NCBI GenBank assembly: GCA_045537435.1
Contig: JAZSPL010000076.1
Span: forward strand, 17,662-81,661
DNA: 64,000 bases
From: Acutalibacteraceae bacterium
GTDB taxonomy: Bacteria; Bacillota; Clostridia; Oscillospirales; Acutalibacteraceae
Reading direction: 5' to 3'
Shown in pieces: positions 27,301 to 40,239 of this stretch. A program made the translations under genes and the position numbers. Below the pieces are notes generated by a model that was not told the origin of the DNA, did no database searches, and saw only the letters and a list, made by a program, of their open reading frames with translations. The first letter of the stretch is position 1. Every line of letters begins with the position of its first letter.

Positions 27301-28108
27301 CCCCCTTGGCGTTCCTTCCCGAATGAACATCGGTCAGGTTCTTGAGGTTAACCTCGGTTTTGCAGCACGCCACCTCGGCTGGAAGGTTATGACACCCGTA
27401 TTCGACGGTGCTCACGAGGAAGATATCAGAGCCGCTCTCCGTGAAACAGGTCTCAGCGAAGACGGTAAGTCAATCCTTATTGACGGACGCACAGGCCGTC
27501 GCTTCGATAACCCTGTAACAGTCGGTATCATGTACTACCTCAAGCTGTTGCACCTTGTTGACGATAAGATTCATGCACGTTCAACAGGTCCGTACTCACT
27601 CGTTACACAGCAGCCTCTCGGCGGTAAAGCTCAGTTCGGCGGTCAGCGTTTCGGTGAAATGGAAGTTTGGGCACTTGAAGCTTACGGTGCAGCTTACACT
27701 CTTCAGGAAATCCTTACAGTTAAGTCTGACGACGTCGTAGGTCGTGTCAAGACTTATGAAGCTATTGTAAAGGGCAACAATGTCCCGCAGTCAGGTATTC
27801 CCGAATCCTTCAAGGTTCTTGTTAAGGAACTTCAGTCACTCGGTCTTGACGTTCGTGTATACGACAAAGACCAGCAGGAGATTGACCTCAAGCAGAACTT
27901 TGACGACGATATGGGCTTTGCTCCTTCTGATGACAAGGCATTTACACACGTAAACGATGCCGAAAGTGCTGAAGGCTATGAGCTTGAAGACGAAGAGGGC
28001 AATCCTATCGCAAACGATGAGGAAATCGATGAGTTTGCAGATATGTTCGCTGACAGTTATGAAGATGACTTCGGCATGGATATGGATGCAGAGGATGACT
28101 ACGAATAA
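24368..28108 (+). CDS. rpoB: DNA-directed RNA polymerase subunit beta
   Basis: 1246 aa. The start ([41 protein letters not shown]) is typical of clostridial RpoB. Also present are [11 protein letters not shown] and the conserved C-terminal catalytic regions. Confidence 0.98.
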   Translation: MVNVSPVTRGGKTRMSFGKIKEVMSMPNLIEIQKDSYQWFLDVGLKEVFRDIADITDYTGNWVLKFVDYRMDDKPKYTIRECKERDTSYSAPMRVKTRLLNKETGVVKESEVYMGDFPIMTESGTFIINGAERAIVSQLVRSPGVYYDMTHDKTGKELYTNTVIPNRGAWLEYETDVNDIFYVRIDKNRKIYITTFIRALGLSSNAEIREFFGYDPKIEATLEKDETQNTEEALMEVFKKLRPGEPATLETAQTHLDNLFFDQYRYDISRVGRYKYNKKLSLFDRIVGATLSQPVVAPLTGEILAEEGEVVTKEKAIIIEQAGVQVVFVKVADDKEIKVISNGMVDIQPYVPQFSEEELDKIGINEQVSFAVLQEILENAEDDETLFATLKERCNDLIPNHITIDDIFSSINYINSIAFGIGRTDDIDHLGNRRIRSVGELLQNQFRIGLARMERVVRERMTLQAQEEEDKITPQSLINIRPVLMAIKEFFGSSPLSQFMDQTNPLAELTHKRRLSALGPGGLSRDRAGFEVRDVHYSHYGRMCPIETPEGPNIGLISYLATFAKINKYGFIEAPYRRVVDGRVLDEVVYMTADEEDEFIVAQANEPLDEEGRFVRRKVMARYRDEFHEIDNSKISFMDVSPKMLVSVATAMIPFLENDDANRALMGSNMQRQAVPLLKTDSPIVGTGMEYKAAVDSGTVVLCRNAGTVIHVNADFIEIQKDIDGQIDRYNLTKFMRSNQGTCINQKPIVEIGQHIEKDDVIADGPATDHGEISLGKNALIGFMTWEGYNYEDAVLINEKLVRDDVYTSIHIEEYETESRDTKLGPEEITRDIPNVGDDALKDLDERGIIRIGAEVHSGDILVGKVTPKGETELTPEERLLRAIFGEKAKEVRDTSLRVPHGEYGIVVNVEVFTRENSDELSPGVNKVVRCYIAQKRKLSVGDKMAGRHGNKGVVSRILPQEDMPFLEDGTPLDIVLNPLGVPSRMNIGQVLEVNLGFAARHLGWKVMTPVFDGAHEEDIRAALRETGLSEDGKSILIDGRTGRRFDNPVTVGIMYYLKLLHLVDDKIHARSTGPYSLVTQQPLGGKAQFGGQRFGEMEVWALEAYGAAYTLQEILTVKSDDVVGRVKTYEAIVKGNNVPQSGIPESFKVLVKELQSLGLDVRVYDKDQQEIDLKQNFDDDMGFAPSDDKAFTHVNDAESAEGYELEDEEGNPIANDEEIDEFADMFADSYEDDFGMDMDAEDDYE

Positions 28109-28159
28109 TCAGCGTTTGCTACACAATTGATATAGATATAAGGAAAAGGGGCAGTTATT

Positions 28160-31774
<3,615 letters not shown>

Positions 31775-31787
31775 TAATTTTTAATAA

Positions 31788-31824
31788 AGCACTATGCTCT
31801 TCGGGGCATAGTGCTTATTTTTTT
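31788..31824 (+). terminator. Rho-independent terminator 1 after rpoC
   Basis: AAGCACTATGC-TCTTCGG-GCATAGTGCTT followed by ATTTTTTT. Confidence 0.85.
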
Positions 31825-31854
31825 AAACCTGCCTTGTGGCAGGTTTTATTTTTT
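31825..31854 (+). terminator. Rho-independent terminator 2 (tandem)
   Basis: AAACCTGCC-TTGT-GGCAGGTTT followed by TATTTTTT. Confidence 0.8.
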
Positions 31855-31910
31855 GCCAAAAATTACATATAAATTTTTTCGAAATTTTTAGAAAAAATGC
31901 ATAATTTTTA

Positions 31911-31939
31911 TTGACTTTTGGGTTAACAACAATTATAAT
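31911..31939 (+). promoter_or_regulatory. dcw-cluster (mraZ) promoter
   Basis: TTGACT (31911-31916), 17-nt spacer, TATAAT (31934-31939). Confidence 0.65.
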
Positions 31940-31991
31940 ATGGATGTAAATGGAGTAAATCTCATCAAAATTGATATGAAATGGAGGGAAA

Positions 31992-32429
31992 ATGATGCAG
32001 GACGTAAAGAATATGCACTTTAACGGCGAGTATTTTCATTCTATCGACTCGAATAACCGTATAATTATGCCTGCAAAAATTAAAGATTCCCTCTACGGAC
32101 AGTCGTTTACGATTTACCACAAACCGAATGAAAAATGTCTGCGACTTTATGTCACTTCCGAATGGGATGATATGGTTTACAAGATCGCCTATGTTGATGA
32201 CGGGGTCGACAGAACAGATCTTCAGAGACATTTTTCAATAAATTCAAAGGTTTATGACCTCGATGCACAGGGCAGATTCGTTTTACCTGCGAAGTTTGTT
32301 GAAGCAGCAAACCTCAAAAAGGAGATTGTAACGATCGGTATCGGCCCCCGTGCAGAAATCTGGGACAAGGAAGAATACGAACAGCAGCTTGCTAAGGATA
32401 AGGTTGTTGACGTTGTATTGCCGTTCTGA
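31992..32429 (+). CDS. mraZ: Transcriptional regulator MraZ
   Basis: 145 aa. Duplicated SpoVT/AbrB-like halves are present (GEYFHSIDSNNRIIMPAKIK and DLDAQGRFVLPAKF). It is the first gene of the dcw cluster. RBS GGAGGG. Confidence 0.92.
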   Translation: MMQDVKNMHFNGEYFHSIDSNNRIIMPAKIKDSLYGQSFTIYHKPNEKCLRLYVTSEWDDMVYKIAYVDDGVDRTDLQRHFSINSKVYDLDAQGRFVLPAKFVEAANLKKEIVTIGIGPRAEIWDKEEYEQQLAKDKVVDVVLPF

Positions 32430-33352
32430 TGCAGGATTTCAAACATATTCCCGTTTTATTTTATGAAACTGTTGATGCTCTCAATGTAAAGCCCGACGGA
32501 ATTTACGTTGACTGTACGGCAGGTGGAGGAGGCCACAGTTCAGCTGTTGCTGAAAAACTGACGACAGGAAAGCTTATTTCTATCGATCAGGATCCCGAAG
32601 CCATTGCGGTTCTTACAAAAAGATTCGAAAACAACCCGAATGTGGTTGTTGTTCACGATAATTTTGTCAATATAAGATCAGTTCTGAATAACCTTGGCAT
32701 CATTGGTGTCGACGGTGTGATGGCGGATCTGGGCGTTAGTTCCCATCAGCTCGACACCGATGCCAGAGGGTTTTCTTTTCATAAAGATGCGCCGCTTGAT
32801 ATGCGTATGTCGATGTCAGGTTTAAGTGCGGCAGATATAGTAAACAACGCCTCCGAGGCTGAGTTAAGGCGTATTATTTACACTTACGGAGAGGAAAAAT
32901 TTGCTCCGTCAATCGCTAAAAACATTGTTAAAGCAAGAGAAACAAAACCGATTGAAACCACGTTTGAATTGGTTGATATTATAAAAGCTTCAATGCCGAT
33001 GAAGGCAAAACGCGACGGTCATCCGGCGCGAAAAACGTTCCAGGCATTAAGAATTGAAGTAAATCAGGAGCTCACAAAGCTTGAAAAAGCACTTGACGAT
33101 ATGTTTGACGTGCTCAATCCTTCAGGCAGATTGGCAATCATAACCTTCCATTCACTTGAAGACAGAATGGTGAAAAAACGTTTCAGCTCATTCTGCGAAG
33201 GTTGTACCTGCCCGCCGCAGTTTCCGGTCTGTGTATGCGGAAACACACCGAAGGGGAGATTACCTTTTAAATCAAAAGCTCCGTCACTGAATGAAGTAGA
33301 TGAAAATTTCAGAGCGCACAGTGCACGTCTTCGTGCGGTTGAAAAGCTCTGA
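32429..33352 (+). CDS. rsmH: 16S rRNA (cytosine1402-N4)-methyltransferase
   Basis: HIPVL..E, the SAM motif DCTAGGGGHS, and DLGVSSHQLD. The junction with mraZ is a TGATG overlap. Confidence 0.95.
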   Translation: MQDFKHIPVLFYETVDALNVKPDGIYVDCTAGGGGHSSAVAEKLTTGKLISIDQDPEAIAVLTKRFENNPNVVVVHDNFVNIRSVLNNLGIIGVDGVMADLGVSSHQLDTDARGFSFHKDAPLDMRMSMSGLSAADIVNNASEAELRRIIYTYGEEKFAPSIAKNIVKARETKPIETTFELVDIIKASMPMKAKRDGHPARKTFQALRIEVNQELTKLEKALDDMFDVLNPSGRLAIITFHSLEDRMVKKRFSSFCEGCTCPPQFPVCVCGNTPKGRLPFKSKAPSLNEVDENFRAHSARLRAVEKL

Positions 33353-33386
33353 TAAGGAAACAGATAAATGAAAGGAGTTAACGGCT

Positions 33387-33845
33387 ATGGCTAATAACGA
33401 AATGCTTGCACTTGACCTTGACTTGTTTGATGTGCAGAAGAATGCGTATGTACCGCAGGAAATGCCCAAAAAGAGAATACAGAAGCCGAAGCTCCTTGAA
33501 ACAAAGCCTGTCAGCAGAATGCAGACGGCTCAGGAAGCACGAGAAAGCACAAAAATGGCAATAAGAGCCTGTGCTTTTGCACTTACAATGTTTCTTACTA
33601 TCGGCGCAATTATTGTCTGCCACGTGCAGTTGACAAATCTTCAGATCGATCTTACTGCAAAGCAGAATGAATTGAGCGTTGTTGAAAGTGAAAATATTTC
33701 ATTGAAGATGAAGTATAACTCAATGATGTCAATGGATAAAATCGAGGAATATGCACAGTCCGAACTCGGAATGGTCAAAAGAGAAAGCTATCAGGTTGAG
33801 TATTTTGATATTTCAGACGAAAGCGGTGCACAGTTGACTCAGTAA
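33387..33845 (+). CDS. ftsL: Cell-division protein FtsL-like (bitopic, coiled coil)
   Basis: 152 aa with a single TM helix (CAFALTMFLTIGAIIVC) followed by a heptad-rich segment. It occupies the ftsL position between rsmH and the class-B PBP. Confidence 0.7.
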   Translation: MANNEMLALDLDLFDVQKNAYVPQEMPKKRIQKPKLLETKPVSRMQTAQEARESTKMAIRACAFALTMFLTIGAIIVCHVQLTNLQIDLTAKQNELSVVESENISLKMKYNSMMSMDKIEEYAQSELGMVKRESYQVEYFDISDESGAQLTQ

Positions 33846-33979
33846 CCACAGGTGTATTATGTATAGTACAAGTTACATAAAACATATCATTATATGACAG
33901 TAAAAAGGGCGGATTTATATCCGCCCTTAGAGTGATTTTATAGAGATACTTTATTTAGTGTGAAGGGAAGGTAGCTGCG

Positions 33980-36289
33980 TTGAAAAATCAGCTTAAATTA
34001 AAGAAAATGCGCTTCTTCAAGCCCCGTAAAATCCTGACAAAAGGTGTAAAGTCAAGGATATGGGGTGTGCTTGCCGTTTTTCTTGTTGTAGGTCTTGTTT
34101 TCCCTTTTATCGGTCTTGCAAAAGCACAGATAATCCAGGCAGATATGTTCAAGCACCTTGCTGAACAGCAGCAGCTTAACGATACGGTTGTTCCGGCCAA
34201 CAGAGGCATAATCTACGACAGAAATATGACTGTTCTTGCACAGAGTGCTTCTGCGTGGAAAATTACGATGAATCCCAGCGAATTACAGCATTTTCCTGAT
34301 GCCGCAAAAGAAATAGTTTTCGATACAATGTCCGAGATTCTGGATATTGACCGCGAAACGATTGAAGATAAAGCAACCAGAACGGGATACAATAACCTTG
34401 CTCTTGCAAACAAGGTCGAAAAAGATGTCAGGGATAAGGTTCTTGCTTTCCTTGAAACATCATACGATACAGGTGTCAAGGGTGAAAAACCGTGGTATTT
34501 TTCAAGAGTTATCAGCGTTGAAGATGATGTGAAAAGATATTATCCGTACTCAACGCTTGCATCACAGATTCTTGGCTGTGTAGGTACTGATAATGTCGGT
34601 CTTGCAGGTCTTGAATCAAAGTATAACGGAACTCTTACGGGTGTTGACGGACGTCTTATTTCAACAAAGGCAAATAATTCCGTGATGAACAGCATAGCTT
34701 ATCAGACACTTTATGAGCCGAAGCAGGGAACAAGCCTTGTGCTTACAATCGACGAAACTATTCAGCGCTATCTTGAAGAGGCACTTTATGAGTGTTACGA
34801 AACGAGTAACTGCAAATCCTGCACAGGTATAGTGATGGACGTTAAAACAGGTGCAATTCTTGCAATGTCCACTCAGGCTTCGTTCGATTCCAACGATCCC
34901 TACACGGTTTATGATCAGCGGACAATCGATAATATCACAGCAATTGAAGACGAAACCGAACGTAAAAAGGCATACAATCAGGCGATGTACCAGCAGTGGA
35001 GAAACAGGGGCGTCAGTGATATTTATGACCCGGGTTCTGTTTTTAAAGTAATCACAATGGCTGCAGGTCTTGAAGAAAACGTTGTTGAATATGAAGAGAA
35101 GTTCAACTGTTCCGGCAGTATACATATCGCTGACAGACGTTATTACTGTCACAACCATTCAGGTCACGGAACACAGACTCTTACTCAGGGTCTTATGAAT
35201 TCCTGCAACCCGTATTTTATTACAATCGGTCAGCGTCTCGGTGTTGACACGTTTTATAAATACTTCGAAGCTTTCGGATTTACGGAAAAAACAGGTATAG
35301 ACCTTGGCGCAGAGGTTCTTCCTAAGGCAGGAATCAACTACCACTCACGTGATAAAATGACGGCTGTCAACCTTGCCAGCTCCTCATTCGGTCAGTCGTT
35401 CCAGGCATCACCGATTCAGGTGCTTAACGCAATTAATGCAGTTGTAAATGACGGCAAGCTTATGCAGCCGTATATCGTAGCAAAAACCCTTGACGAAAAA
35501 GGAAATGTTATAAGCGAAACAAAGCCTGTTGTAAAACGTCAGGTTATTTCCGAATCAACATCAGATCTTATTATCGCCTCAATGGAAGAGGTTTCTACTA
35601 AGGGTACAGCTAAAAATTCATATGTTGCAGGCTACAGAGTAGCAGGCAAAACGGGAACATCGGACGTTCTCGGACCTCAGGGAGCAACGGGTGAGTATAT
35701 CGCATCGTTTGCAGGTTGTGCTCCGGCAAATGACCCTGAAATTTCAATCATTATCGTTGTAAACGAGCCTCAGGGACAGACGGGCGGCGGTGCTGTTGCG
35801 GCACCCGTTGCGGCGGAAGTGATTGAAAAAACCCTTACTTTCCTCAATGTTGAAAGACAGTACAATGAGTCGGAAAAGGGTAAGCTTGACGTTGAAGTTC
35901 CTGATCTTTCAGGAAAGACAGTAAGTGAAGCAAGAGCAGTACTTAAAGAGTCAAATCTTAAGGTCAAGGTTATCGGCGGAGGAGAAACTGTTGTTTCTCA
36001 GATGCCTGCATACAGTCAATTCATCCCGCAGGACGGTGTTGTTGTTGTCTACACAGAAGAAAATGCGAAAAAATCCAAGGTAATTGTTCCTGATTTTACG
36101 GGAATGACGGTATCACAGGTTAATTATGAAGCTGTAAATCTTGGTCTTAATATCAGAATTTCAGGAAATGCCTTGTCTGCATCAGGACTTGTTGCTTACA
36201 GACAAAGTGTTCCGAAAGATAAAGAAATAGAATGCGGTTCAACCCTGACAGTATTTTTCAGGACAACGTCAGGAGTATCGGACCATTAA
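33980..36289 (+). CDS. Class-B penicillin-binding protein (PBP2B/SpoVD/FtsI type) with two C-terminal PASTA domains
   Basis: SxxK (SVFK), SxN (SCN) and KTG (KTGTS) motifs. The two PASTA units begin VPDLSGKTVSEA and VPDFTGMTVSQV. The start is TTG. Confidence 0.93.
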   Translation: MKNQLKLKKMRFFKPRKILTKGVKSRIWGVLAVFLVVGLVFPFIGLAKAQIIQADMFKHLAEQQQLNDTVVPANRGIIYDRNMTVLAQSASAWKITMNPSELQHFPDAAKEIVFDTMSEILDIDRETIEDKATRTGYNNLALANKVEKDVRDKVLAFLETSYDTGVKGEKPWYFSRVISVEDDVKRYYPYSTLASQILGCVGTDNVGLAGLESKYNGTLTGVDGRLISTKANNSVMNSIAYQTLYEPKQGTSLVLTIDETIQRYLEEALYECYETSNCKSCTGIVMDVKTGAILAMSTQASFDSNDPYTVYDQRTIDNITAIEDETERKKAYNQAMYQQWRNRGVSDIYDPGSVFKVITMAAGLEENVVEYEEKFNCSGSIHIADRRYYCHNHSGHGTQTLTQGLMNSCNPYFITIGQRLGVDTFYKYFEAFGFTEKTGIDLGAEVLPKAGINYHSRDKMTAVNLASSSFGQSFQASPIQVLNAINAVVNDGKLMQPYIVAKTLDEKGNVISETKPVVKRQVISESTSDLIIASMEEVSTKGTAKNSYVAGYRVAGKTGTSDVLGPQGATGEYIASFAGCAPANDPEISIIIVVNEPQGQTGGGAVAAPVAAEVIEKTLTFLNVERQYNESEKGKLDVEVPDLSGKTVSEARAVLKESNLKVKVIGGGETVVSQMPAYSQFIPQDGVVVVYTEENAKKSKVIVPDFTGMTVSQVNYEAVNLGLNIRISGNALSASGLVAYRQSVPKDKEIECGSTLTVFFRTTSGVSDH

Positions 36290-36330
36290 AAATAAGGACG
36301 TGTAAACAGAAAATTTCGGAGGCGTTTTGG

Positions 36331-37767
36331 ATGAAGCTCAGTGCTTTGTTACAGGATGTTGAAACAAAGAATGTTTACACAACTGACCCTGAAATTACAA
36401 ATATCACGGATAATTCTCAGAAAGTAAGAAATTCGGGATTGTTTGTATGTATCAGGGGAAGCGGTTGCGACGGTCACGATTTTGCACAAAAGGCAATGGA
36501 CAGAGGTGCTGTAGCCGTAATATGTGAACGTGATATCGGAATTAAAAATTCAATCATTGTTGAAAATTCAAGGAAGGCATATGCACAGATCTGTGCAGCT
36601 TTTTACGGCTCGGCTCATAAAAAGCTCCGTATGATTGCTGTTACGGGTACAAACGGAAAAACAACTACGTCGTACATAATCAGGAAAATTCTTGAGAACT
36701 CAGGTTGTAAAACGGGTCTTATCGGAACGGTGAATGTCGTAATCGGAAAGGAAAAATATCCTGCGGATTTAACAACTCCTGACCCTGCAGACCTTCACAG
36801 GTATCTTATGCTGATGAAGATAGCAGGCTGTGAAGCATGTGTGATGGAGGTTTCTTCCCAGGCTCTGTCACAGCTGAGAGTTTACGGAATCAACTTTGAC
36901 TGTGCGGTTTTCACCAATCTTTCGCCCGAACATCTTGATTATCACAGGTCGATGCAGGAATATGCAAGGGCAAAGGCGGTATTGTTTGAAAACAGCAAGG
37001 TTTCGGTCATAAATAGCGATGATGATTATTCGGAGTTTATAAAAAATCACTCCGTCGGCAAGGTTATTACCTACGGAATGAATGAAAAGGCTGATTTCTT
37101 CGCCGATAAACTGAATCTCTCGTCTGACGGTGTAAGCTACCGATTAAACTGCAGAGGAAAAGAAAACTACGTCACTTTTGACGGACTTGGCAGGTTCTCT
37201 GTTTATAATTCACTTGCAGCTTTGGCGGTAACAAGCATACTCGGTGTTGATACGGACAGAGCAATCCGCGCGGTTGCACGTTTTGACGGCATAGCGGGAC
37301 GTATGGAAAAGGTTGAAAATCTGCTCGGAATCAATGTGATAATTGACTATGCTCATACGCCGGATTCGCTTGAAAATGCGCTGAAAACACTTCGCACGGT
37401 TTATAACGGACGTCTTATTACGGTTTTTGGTTGCGGTGGCGACAGGGATAAAGAAAAACGTCCCTTGATGGGAAAAATCGCGAGTGAAAATTCTGATTTT
37501 GTGTTTGTAACGTCGGATAATCCGCGTACGGAAGCTCCTGAAATAATCATTGATGAGATTGTTCAGGGGATAGGGGCGAAGAATTATTATAAAATTACTG
37601 ACCGCAAGCTTGCTATAAAATCTGCACTCTACTCTGCGAAGCCGGGGGACACTGTGCTGATAGCAGGTAAGGGTCACGAAAAATATCAGATATTAGGTAC
37701 ACAAAAGATATATTTTAACGAAAGAGAAATAATAAGAAAATTGTTGGAAGACAAGGCGAGGTTTTGA
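36331..37767 (+). CDS. murE: UDP-MurNAc-L-Ala-D-Glu:meso-diaminopimelate ligase
   Basis: VTGTNGKTTT P-loop and the DNPR motif (SDNPRTE), which is indicative of meso-DAP specificity. I chose the ATG at 36331 (GGAGG 9 nt upstream). The track start at 36232 would overlap the PBP gene by 58 nt. Confidence 0.93.
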   Translation: MKLSALLQDVETKNVYTTDPEITNITDNSQKVRNSGLFVCIRGSGCDGHDFAQKAMDRGAVAVICERDIGIKNSIIVENSRKAYAQICAAFYGSAHKKLRMIAVTGTNGKTTTSYIIRKILENSGCKTGLIGTVNVVIGKEKYPADLTTPDPADLHRYLMLMKIAGCEACVMEVSSQALSQLRVYGINFDCAVFTNLSPEHLDYHRSMQEYARAKAVLFENSKVSVINSDDDYSEFIKNHSVGKVITYGMNEKADFFADKLNLSSDGVSYRLNCRGKENYVTFDGLGRFSVYNSLAALAVTSILGVDTDRAIRAVARFDGIAGRMEKVENLLGINVIIDYAHTPDSLENALKTLRTVYNGRLITVFGCGGDRDKEKRPLMGKIASENSDFVFVTSDNPRTEAPEIIIDEIVQGIGAKNYYKITDRKLAIKSALYSAKPGDTVLIAGKGHEKYQILGTQKIYFNEREIIRKLLEDKARF

Positions 37768-37769
37768 AA

Positions 37770-39128
37770 ATGAAAAGATTAATGTTAAGTGAAATCGCCG
37801 CGGCTGTCGGCGGAATTGCTACAGGCGAGGCAGAGATTAACGGAATCTGCATAGACAGCAGACTGTGCGAAGAAGGTTTGCTTTATATTGCGATTCACGG
37901 TGAAAACTTTGACGGTCATGATTTTACAAAAAGTGCCCTTGAAAACGGAGCAACGGCTGCAATGATTCACCACGATGTGGATTGTGAGGGCTTGTTTATC
38001 AGGGTTGATGATACAAGACTTGCACTTCTGCGCCTTGCTAACTGGTTCAGAAATACTTTCGATATTGCTGTTGTGGGTCTTACGGGCAGTGTAGGAAAGA
38101 CAACGACTAAGGAAATGACATGGGCAGTTGTCAGCGAGAAATACAATGCGATAAAGACTGAGGGTAATCTCAATAATGATATTGGTCTTCCGCGAACACT
38201 TATGCGCTTTGAGGAAGATACTCAGGCTGCCGTTATCGAAATGGGAATGAGCAACAAGGGCGAAATCTCCGTTTTGTCAAAAACAGCGGAACCGACAATC
38301 GCAATAATCAGCAATATCGGTGTTTCTCATATGGAAAACCTCGGCTCACGCGAAAATATCTGTGCGGCAAAGCTTGAAATCCTTGACGGTCTTCGTGAAG
38401 GTGCTCCGATTATGCTCAACGGTGACGACCCGTACCTCGCAAGTGCCAAAATTGAAAATCATCCCGTATTTTACTACGGAATCAACGATAAATTCTGTGA
38501 TTTCAGAGCAACAGATATCGTTCAGCAGGATGATGAAACCAATTTCAATATTATCTACGACTGCGATAAGGTACAGAATGTCACAATCCCGACAATCGGT
38601 ATCCATAATGTATATAACGCTCTTGCGGCTTTCGGTACAGGTCTTCAGCTCGGTGTAACACCTCAGCAGGCTGCTGACGGACTTAAAAAATACGAGCCTT
38701 CGGGAATGAGACAGCGTGTAAAGGTAGTCGGCGGAATAAGATTTATCGAAGACTGTTACAATGCAAGTCCCGATTCTCAGCAAGCGGCTCTCAAGATGCT
38801 TTCAACAGTAAACGCGAACAGAAAGATTGCTGTTCTCGGTGATATGCTTGAACTCGGCACAATCAGCGTTGAAGCTCACAGAAACGCAGGACTTATTGCC
38901 GCAAAGAATAAGATAGATATTCTTATGACTTACGGTGAAAGATCACAGGAAACTGCGGCAAAAGCAACGGAATGCGGTGTTCCTGTTGTAAAGAGCTTCC
39001 TTGACAAAAATGAACTCGCAGATGCACTTTTTGAAATCCTCGGTGAAGGCGATGCGGTTCTTTTCAAAGCAAGTCGCGGTATGGCACTTGAAGATGTAAT
39101 AAATAACCTTTACGGCAGAATAAATTGA
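37770..39128 (+). CDS. murF: UDP-MurNAc-tripeptide:D-Ala-D-Ala ligase
   Basis: GLTGSVGKTTTKE P-loop in the standard dcw position. The ATG at 37770 follows the track TTG at 37764. Confidence 0.93.
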   Translation: MKRLMLSEIAAAVGGIATGEAEINGICIDSRLCEEGLLYIAIHGENFDGHDFTKSALENGATAAMIHHDVDCEGLFIRVDDTRLALLRLANWFRNTFDIAVVGLTGSVGKTTTKEMTWAVVSEKYNAIKTEGNLNNDIGLPRTLMRFEEDTQAAVIEMGMSNKGEISVLSKTAEPTIAIISNIGVSHMENLGSRENICAAKLEILDGLREGAPIMLNGDDPYLASAKIENHPVFYYGINDKFCDFRATDIVQQDDETNFNIIYDCDKVQNVTIPTIGIHNVYNALAAFGTGLQLGVTPQQAADGLKKYEPSGMRQRVKVVGGIRFIEDCYNASPDSQQAALKMLSTVNANRKIAVLGDMLELGTISVEAHRNAGLIAAKNKIDILMTYGERSQETAAKATECGVPVVKSFLDKNELADALFEILGEGDAVLFKASRGMALEDVINNLYGRIN

Positions 39129-39173
39129 ATTTAACGGAGTTTGTAGAAAGGGGTAGCGCACTCAAGTGCGCGC

Positions 39174-40205
39174 GTGAAGAAAATGAACAGTATTCTTACA
39201 ATGATTTTAAGCGGTGTTGCGGCGTTTGGTGTAACAGCAATTCTCGGCTTCGGTATCATTCCGTGGCTCAGAAAGCTCAAATTCGGTCAGACAATCCTTG
39301 AGGAAGGTCCGAAATGGCACAAGAGTAAGCAGGGTACACCGACAATGGGTGGTATTATGTTTATCATCGGCATTTTCTTCTCAGCGGCGGCTATGCTCGT
39401 TGTAAACTATGTTACGGGTAATAAACTTGAACTTACGGGCGATATGAACACAAAGCTCTGGGCAGGACTTATAATGGCTCTTATGTTCGGTCTTGTCGGC
39501 TTTGCGGATGACTATATCAAGGTTGTAAAGAAGCGTAACCTCGGTCTTTCAATTGTTCAGAAATCAATTGCTCAGGTTGTTATCTGTGCAGGCTACCTTA
39601 CAAGTCTTTTTCTTGCAATGGGTAAGGATCCTTATATGTTCATTCCGTTTATCGGTAAGGTTGACCTCGGAATCTGGTTCTGGATTCTCGGCATATGTGT
39701 AGTATACGGTGCTATCAATGCCGTAAACTTCACTGACGGTATCGACGGTCTTTGCTCAAGCGTTACAGCTACAGCGGCTGTTTCATTTATCGCAATTGCA
39801 GTTATTCATAAGTTCCTCGGTGTAGGTGTTCTTGCGGCGGCACTCCTCGGTGGCTGTATCGGTTTCTTTATCTGGAATAAATTCCCTGCAAAGGTATTTA
39901 TGGGCGATACAGGCTCAATGTTCCTCGGCGGTATGGTTGTTGCAATCGCTTATGCACTCGATTGCCCGTTTATCCTTATTCTTACAGGCTTTATCTATGT
40001 TATTGAAGCTCTTTCTGACGTTATTCAGATCGGCTATTATAAAATTACTCATGGCAAACGTATCTTCAAAATGGCTCCGATTCACCATCACTTTGAAATG
40101 TGCGGTTGGAGCGAAAAGAAAATTGATGCAGTTTTCTGCACAGTAAACCTTATTGCGGGTATAATAGGTGTAGTCGCAATGTATTACGGCGGTTTTACGG
40201 TATAA
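39174..40205 (+). CDS. mraY: Phospho-N-acetylmuramoyl-pentapeptide transferase
   Basis: Polytopic membrane protein with DDYIKV, NAVNFTDGIDGL and HHHFE motifs. The start is uncertain: GTG at 39174 or ATG at 39183. Confidence 0.94.
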   Translation: MKKMNSILTMILSGVAAFGVTAILGFGIIPWLRKLKFGQTILEEGPKWHKSKQGTPTMGGIMFIIGIFFSAAAMLVVNYVTGNKLELTGDMNTKLWAGLIMALMFGLVGFADDYIKVVKKRNLGLSIVQKSIAQVVICAGYLTSLFLAMGKDPYMFIPFIGKVDLGIWFWILGICVVYGAINAVNFTDGIDGLCSSVTATAAVSFIAIAVIHKFLGVGVLAAALLGGCIGFFIWNKFPAKVFMGDTGSMFLGGMVVAIAYALDCPFILILTGFIYVIEALSDVIQIGYYKITHGKRIFKMAPIHHHFEMCGWSEKKIDAVFCTVNLIAGIIGVVAMYYGGFTV

Positions 40206-40239
40206 ATCAGAACAAATCTTTGAAAGGAGAAGTGGTTTT

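Noticed and set aside
36232-36330. Upstream extension of murE overlapping the PBP gene
   Set aside because: The extension overlaps the PBP 3' end in another frame and lacks an RBS. MKLSALLQDVE at 36331 has a GGAGG RBS and matches typical MurE N-termini.
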